This document shows positions 59,113 through 64,000 of a stretch of DNA of 64,000 nucleotides, one piece after another (position 1 is the stretch's first letter; every line of letters starts with the position of its first letter). The stretch is taken from positions 98,417 to 162,416 of the forward strand of contig JAOAJX010000003.1 of NCBI GenBank assembly GCA_026413945.1, read 5' to 3'. The DNA comes from Candidatus Iainarchaeum sp. Lineage in GTDB: Archaea > Iainarchaeota > Iainarchaeia > Iainarchaeales > DTGL01. The notes under the pieces were generated by a model that was given only the letters and a program-made list of their open reading frames with translations, was not told where the DNA came from and did not search any database. A program made the translations under genes and the position numbers.

Positions 59113-59557
59113 CAAAAAAAGGCACAATGATTTCATTTTCAGGCGCGATGGATTTTATTGTTCCTAGCACAGCGACATTCCTTGTAACAAAACAAGGATC
59201 ACATTTTGAAACAGACGGATTTTGCATTTTTACATCTATTCTGTAGACACCAGATTTCCAAGTTTGGAATGGGTTCCAACTTGAGGACGGCCTTATTACT
59301 ATGGGCGCTGAGTGAAGGGCACTGCACGAATATGCCAGAAATGTCCCACCGCTACTTGGAAAAATTTCCGCACCATCAGGCCCATAAATATGTAGTTCAA
59401 CATAATTGTTATCAGGTGAATAGCACCTTATATAAATTTCCATGTTCTGGTCGTCGTAAATGTTTTCAACTGAAACACTCTGTATTCCTTGTGCAAGTAC
59501 AAATTGAAAAAAAACTAAGCAAAAAAACATTGTAAAGAAAAATCTTTTGCTCTGCAT
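59063..59557 (-). CDS. Secreted protein with C-terminal PE-TM sorting-like segment
   Basis: Signal peptide; APENEIIVPFFAIAMVLAFVFF; overlaps the ksgA 3' end convergently by 50 nt. Confidence 0.65.
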   Translation of the reverse strand: MQSKRFFFTMFFCLVFFQFVLAQGIQSVSVENIYDDQNMEIYIRCYSPDNNYVELHIYGPDGAEIFPSSGGTFLAYSCSALHSAPIVIRPSSSWNPFQTWKSGVYRIDVKMQNPSVSKCDPCFVTRNVAVLGTIKSIAPENEIIVPFFAIAMVLAFVFFWPSQK

Positions 59558-59610
59558 GTTAGAACGACCACTTAGCACAAATACTCTTAAGATAACCTTT
59601 TATTTAAGCT

Positions 59611-61131
59611 TTACTCAATCTTTTTTATTATTATTTTTCCAAGTTCTATGCCATTATCTGCACAAGCTTCTTTTACTGCTGCTTTTAACTTGCTTTCGTT
59701 TTCAGCGTATATTTGATATAATTTTGTACCTTTTCTGATTCTGGTGCCGGATTCAACGTTCAATAGTACACCTGACTTTTTATTATAAGGTGCACCAGCA
59801 ACCCTGGCTATATTTGTGAGGCGCCTTATATTTATGTGCGATACTACTCCGTCTTTTTTTGATATAACATCTGCTTTATAATTAGCAAGCTCAATCTCAC
59901 TCGATTTAAAGATTGTGCCTTTTTGGGCTTTTATTATTTCTTTCATTTTCTTTAGGGCTTTTCCCGATTGCAATATCTTTTTTGCAAGTTCTGTACCTTT
60001 GCCTCTTTTTGATCTTCCTGTCAGCTCGAATAATACCCCGGCGAGCTCACAGCTTTTTTGTGCTAAGTTATCGAAGCGTTTTCCTTCAAGTATTTCCATT
60101 GCATGCTTAGCTTCCAAGGCTGGGCCAAAAGCAGGCCCACAAGGTTGGTTTCCATCTGTTATAACAACCTCAATATGCATACCAAGTTTTTTTCCAACTT
60201 CTATGAATTTTCCAGCCATTATTTCTGCATCGCCCTTGTTCTCTATTTTGAGGCCCTTTCCTATAGGGATGTCAATTACAACATACTGAGAACCAACAGA
60301 GGCTTTTTTTGCAAGAACGCTGGCAATTATTTGGCCTTGCGGGTTTAATGAAAGCGGATATTCAATGCTTATTATTTTCTCATCAACTGGCGCTAAATTA
60401 AGCGCCCCGCCCCAAGCAATTACGCCACCAATTTTTTTTGTTATTTCTTTTATTTCAACATCAGATAGACAAACATTTGCAAGTACTTCCATTGCATCAG
60501 CAGTACCAGCAGCAGAAGTTATTGACCTAGAAGATGTTTTTGGTATATAAATACCGGATGCTGCTACAATGGGCACGATTACCATTGTGGCTCTACCATT
60601 TGTTCCACCTATCGAATGCTTATCAACAATTGGGCTAACACCGAAATTTATTGTTTTCCCATTTTCAATTATCGCTTTTGTCATTGCGATTGTTTCTTCC
60701 ATATTGTATCCATGGATATAAACGGCGCTCAAAAATGCACCCGCTTCTATATCACTTATTCTGTTTTTGTCAATGTCATTTACTATGCTTCTTATTTCTG
60801 CCTCTGTCAGGTTTTCACCAAGAATTTTTTTCTTTATGTAGTCAACGCTTTTTGGCCTTTCAATGGCTCTAACTGAAAGTGGCTCATTGTCAATAACTTT
60901 GAGATCTTCCCAAAGGTCTTCAAAAAGACCTATTTCTTTATCAGATACAAATGTTTTTGTAACGTCAACAATAGCGACGCAGCGTTTCTTTTCTCTAGGG
61001 TTAAATATTTCTATCCTGTCAAGAGGCATTATGCCGAGCTCTCTTGCCTTTTCAGTACCCAAAATAGCAACAGGCTTTCCAGCTCTTATCGGAAGAATTC
61101 TAGCGTTTAAGCTAATAGCATAACTCCCCAT
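59611..61131 (-). CDS. AMP phosphorylase (thymidine phosphorylase family)
   Basis: DKHSIGG, PKTSSRSITSAAGTAD, GPALEA; N-terminal double-psi barrel. Confidence 0.93.
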   Translation of the reverse strand: MGSYAISLNARILPIRAGKPVAILGTEKARELGIMPLDRIEIFNPREKKRCVAIVDVTKTFVSDKEIGLFEDLWEDLKVIDNEPLSVRAIERPKSVDYIKKKILGENLTEAEIRSIVNDIDKNRISDIEAGAFLSAVYIHGYNMEETIAMTKAIIENGKTINFGVSPIVDKHSIGGTNGRATMVIVPIVAASGIYIPKTSSRSITSAAGTADAMEVLANVCLSDVEIKEITKKIGGVIAWGGALNLAPVDEKIISIEYPLSLNPQGQIIASVLAKKASVGSQYVVIDIPIGKGLKIENKGDAEIMAGKFIEVGKKLGMHIEVVITDGNQPCGPAFGPALEAKHAMEILEGKRFDNLAQKSCELAGVLFELTGRSKRGKGTELAKKILQSGKALKKMKEIIKAQKGTIFKSSEIELANYKADVISKKDGVVSHINIRRLTNIARVAGAPYNKKSGVLLNVESGTRIRKGTKLYQIYAENESKLKAAVKEACADNGIELGKIIIKKIE

Positions 61132-61198
61132 ATAAATCACTCTAAACCAACAATATACTAATTAAAGTAAAATAGTCATTCTTTAAAAATATGTGAGT

Positions 61199-61837
61199 TT
61201 ACGCTGAGTTGTTTACTTTTCTCTCTTTTATAAGCAACAATATTAAAAGGCTCAGAAGCAAAAAGAAAAAAGCTATGCCTGCGATGTTCCAATCAAAATA
61301 TGTTCCAACGCTTCCATGTGCTAATACAAATGGCTCAATTTCAGTCATCACTCCATTTCTATCTTTTACACATCTGACAAGGCCAGCATTCTCAACAAAA
61401 ATTGCTGGCACTTCAACAGTTATTAAACTATGAATTATGGGTGTGCCAGTATGGCGCCAACTTTGCCCCTTTTCTAGAAATATATTTTCATTTATGACTA
61501 GCTTTTCACCCCGGTTTTCAAATGTGTATCCCCTAACATTTAAGACCTCACCTTCGCTTTCTTTTGCTATCTGCCGAAGGCACCCGGCTCCGGCCCACCC
61601 CGCCTCATAACTACTAAGATAAATCGCAAAAGCAGCTTGTTTAATCTCTTCTGGCTTAACATCAACACTTTCCACAATACACCCATCTTTATCTAATGCC
61701 GCAACGCATGGGAAATCCACAAAGCCAAAGAAAAGCCCACCTAAAAAATACTCATAAACGAAAGTCAAAATGTAGATTAACAAGACAATAACTATGACCA
61801 TTTTTATTGCCAAGTTAACACGACTGCCTCTTGTCAA
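61199..61837 (-). CDS. Hypothetical membrane protein (N- and C-terminal TMs)
   Basis: Hydrophobic termini flanking an extracellular domain. Confidence 0.65.
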   Translation of the reverse strand: MTRGSRVNLAIKMVIVIVLLIYILTFVYEYFLGGLFFGFVDFPCVAALDKDGCIVESVDVKPEEIKQAAFAIYLSSYEAGWAGAGCLRQIAKESEGEVLNVRGYTFENRGEKLVINENIFLEKGQSWRHTGTPIIHSLITVEVPAIFVENAGLVRCVKDRNGVMTEIEPFVLAHGSVGTYFDWNIAGIAFFFLLLSLLILLLIKERKVNNSA

Positions 61838-61862
61838 TACTTCATTTTTAAGTCCCCTTGCA

Positions 61863-63143
61863 TCAACCCCATTTTTTCATTGCCTCAGCAAGCTCCCTAT
61901 GTCTTTTTGCCGCTTCTTGCAATGGAATGTTGTTAATAACAGCATCTAAGGCCTGCCTGCATGCCTTTGCTCCAGCAACTGTGCCAAGAGGGTGTGCATG
62001 TATGCCACCGCCGAATTGCATTATTATATCATTGCCAAATATCTCAACCAGTTGCGGAATCATTAGTGGCTGCAATCCACCAGATGCAACTGGAAACATG
62101 GGCTTTATACTTTGCCACTCTTGTTCTAATACGTTTGAGCTATAATCCTCTTTCACATGCTTCAGTACACATTCATCTCTAACACAAAGAACTTCAGGCT
62201 TTTCGCCATGCATCTTCCCGACTACTGTGCCAACATGTAATTGATCAAGACCCACAAGCCTTGTGAGCTTTGCCACCATCAGCATGCTTAGGCCATGCTT
62301 CTTGTTTCTTGTAAGTGCAGAATGCATACATCTGTGTGCGTGTATTATGAGCTTTAGGTCTTCATTAGCTTCCCTTAAAGTTTGAAGTGCTGTCCAGCCA
62401 ACAGGTATTATATCAATCATTATATATTCGCTTCCAAGCTTTTTTGCAAGTTTTGCTCTTCTAAGCATCTCATCGCATGTTGGTGCTGTTACATTGCACA
62501 TATACTCCTTGCGTTCGCCAGTTTCCCTTTCTGCCTTTTCTTTTGCTTTGAGGGTAAGCCTAACTCTTTTTTCATAAGGGTTAAATTTTTGGCTTGTTAA
62601 ATTTTCATCATCTTTTACTATGTCACAGCCGCCGAGCCAAGCTTCATAAGCAACTTTCGCATGCTGTTCGCTGTTCAGTCCAACCTTTGGCTTTACAATT
62701 GTGCCAACAAGTGGCCTTTTTTTAACCTTGAGTGCCTTTCTCACGCCTTGCAACCCAAACTTAGGTCCTCTGAATGGCTTTATCATGCTTTGTGGGATTG
62801 TAACATCCTGCAAGCGCAAGTTCTCAAGCAACTTCATGCTGAAAATGTTGCCAGCAATACTGCTCAAAAGCTGTGGAACAGAGCCGTATTCAAAAACTTC
62901 TGGGTTATATGCAACTTTTATTGTGTTTCTCTCATTATCTATGAAAAAAACATGTGGCTTAAGCCTTTTAGCAATTGTTGGTGAAAGTGTAAGTATATCT
63001 GTCCAAGTATCTATTGAGCTTTCACCTGCAAGATGTGTTGCTGCCTCTTCTAAGCTGAGGCCTTTTGCTGGCTCAAGGTAATACTCGCAAACAAGATCCT
63101 TTTTTGTTGGTCTGTAATTCAAATCTATATATTCTTTTATCAT
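61863..63143 (-). CDS. rbcL: Form III RuBisCO
   Basis: GTIVKPKVG, DIVKDDENL, HAHR, GTVVGKM, SGG, GGGIHAHP. Confidence 0.95.
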   Translation of the reverse strand: MIKEYIDLNYRPTKKDLVCEYYLEPAKGLSLEEAATHLAGESSIDTWTDILTLSPTIAKRLKPHVFFIDNERNTIKVAYNPEVFEYGSVPQLLSSIAGNIFSMKLLENLRLQDVTIPQSMIKPFRGPKFGLQGVRKALKVKKRPLVGTIVKPKVGLNSEQHAKVAYEAWLGGCDIVKDDENLTSQKFNPYEKRVRLTLKAKEKAERETGERKEYMCNVTAPTCDEMLRRAKLAKKLGSEYIMIDIIPVGWTALQTLREANEDLKLIIHAHRCMHSALTRNKKHGLSMLMVAKLTRLVGLDQLHVGTVVGKMHGEKPEVLCVRDECVLKHVKEDYSSNVLEQEWQSIKPMFPVASGGLQPLMIPQLVEIFGNDIIMQFGGGIHAHPLGTVAGAKACRQALDAVINNIPLQEAAKRHRELAEAMKKWG

Positions 63144-63294
63144 ATAAAAACCTCCTAAACAAGGTTACAATAATAAAGATTTTTTTCTTTATATAATTAT
63201 CTTTTTTCAAACACGAGCACTCTAGTTCAACGTACTTTACCAAAACATTTAAATACACCTTTTGTTTTATTGCTATTGCTGAGGATGTATTTAT

Positions 63295-64000
63295 ATGGCA
63301 GGTATCTCTGATAAGCCACTGCTGGGCTGGTTCTATAAGCAAAATGATTATACAAAGGCCTCGCTTATAATAAGCTCATATTTTATCGCATTTTTAGCGT
63401 TGCTAGTGATGTATGTGCTTATTGCCATATCAATCCAATTTTATAACTCTACACTATTGGCTATATTTCTGGCTTTTGCAATGCTCATTGTGTGTTTTGT
63501 TTTCTTCAAACTTTTCTATAAAGAACCAAGCAAGTTAGTTAAGAAAACAATATTTGTTCTTGCTTTGATTTCTCTAAGCATTTTGATTTCACTCACAGTG
63601 CCATTTTTTATAACTTTGCCATTTTTTATGGCTGTTTTCATCTTAATCAGTTCCCCTTTTTATGGCTTTTACGGCTTGTACCGCGCAGCTAAAGAGGATA
63701 AGCCATTGTTAGTACCCGTAATTGTTGCGATTATCAGTTTTTCTTTGGCATTTGTTTTTTTTGCCACTGTATTCATGATTCTTTTCCCTACTCCGCACCG
63801 TTTTGTGCGAAGCCCTGTTTATCTCATGGCTAACAAAATCGAGGATGCTAAAAGCAGGCCAACCGTGCCAGTACAAGGCGGTAAGATAAATTTCACAAAG
63901 GACAACAGAACTATTACAACTGAAAGCATAGTAAGTGTAAGTGGTGTTGGTCTTGAAAAAGAACAGATATGCTTAAGCCCGGGCCAATTTATGGGTCAAG
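63295..64000 (+). CDS. Multi-TM membrane protein, truncated by window edge
   Basis: Hand translation from ATG 63295 (SD GAGGA): MAGISDKPLLGWFYKQNDYTKASLIISSYFIAFLALLVMYV...; frame appears open to the end. Confidence 0.7.
   Translation, partial: MAGISDKPLLGWFYKQNDYTKASLIISSYFIAFLALLVMYVLIAISIQFYNSTLLAIFLAFAMLIVCFVFFKLFYKEPSKLVKKTIFVLALISLSILISLTVPFFITLPFFMAVFILISSPFYGFYGLYRAAKEDKPLLVPVIVAIISFSLAFVFFATVFMILFPTPHRFVRSPVYLMANKIEDAKSRPTVPVQGGKINFTKDNRTITTESIVSVSGVGLEKEQICLSPGQFMGQ

Noticed and set aside
1-64000. Genome-wide TAG recoding
   Set aside because: Many well-defined genes end at TAG at their expected C-termini (e.g. YjbQ, YhaM, P-type ATPase, GT2).
1-64000. CRISPR array, IS element, integrase or provirus
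   Set aside because: No spaced direct repeats, transposase, recombinase or viral motifs were seen; the repeats found are protein-coding.

Overview
AT-rich, gene-dense archaeal chromosome segment. TBP, Rpo4, rpl21e, AglB, a BHB-intron tRNA and a C/D sRNA establish it as archaeal. Form III RuBisCO with AMP phosphorylase, a stand-alone 5S rRNA, Cys-rich surface proteins and many basic orphans suggest a DPANN lineage, possibly Iainarchaeota/Diapherotrites-like (inference). It carries about 60 CDS, 4 tRNAs (Leu-CAA, Ser-GCT, intron-containing Asp-GTC, Arg-CCG) and a 5S rRNA. I found no CRISPR array, IS element or integrase. Most notable: (1) a divergent four-gene peptide-tagging-like locus (active RimK-type ATP-grasp, a charge-reversed pseudo-ligase paralog, a RimB-like retropepsin and a GNAT); (2) an unannotated canonical C/D-box guide RNA probably targeting 23S helix 92; (3) a tetraether synthase (Tes/GDGT-MAS) homolog and an HpnJ/Cds-like B12 radical SAM with glycosyltransferases; (4) an AglB-Alg7-Alg14-Alg13-GT2 operon whose AglB has WWGSG instead of WWDYG; (5) a HEAT-repeat/nucleotidyltransferase fusion and other strongly basic orphans; (6) visible candidate operators for a membrane-tethered HTH regulon and for the ArsR-iscSU operon; (7) three envelope genes with single-site lesions (frameshift, in-frame TAG, missing start codon). 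All product calls rest on motif recognition by eye, not on database searches.
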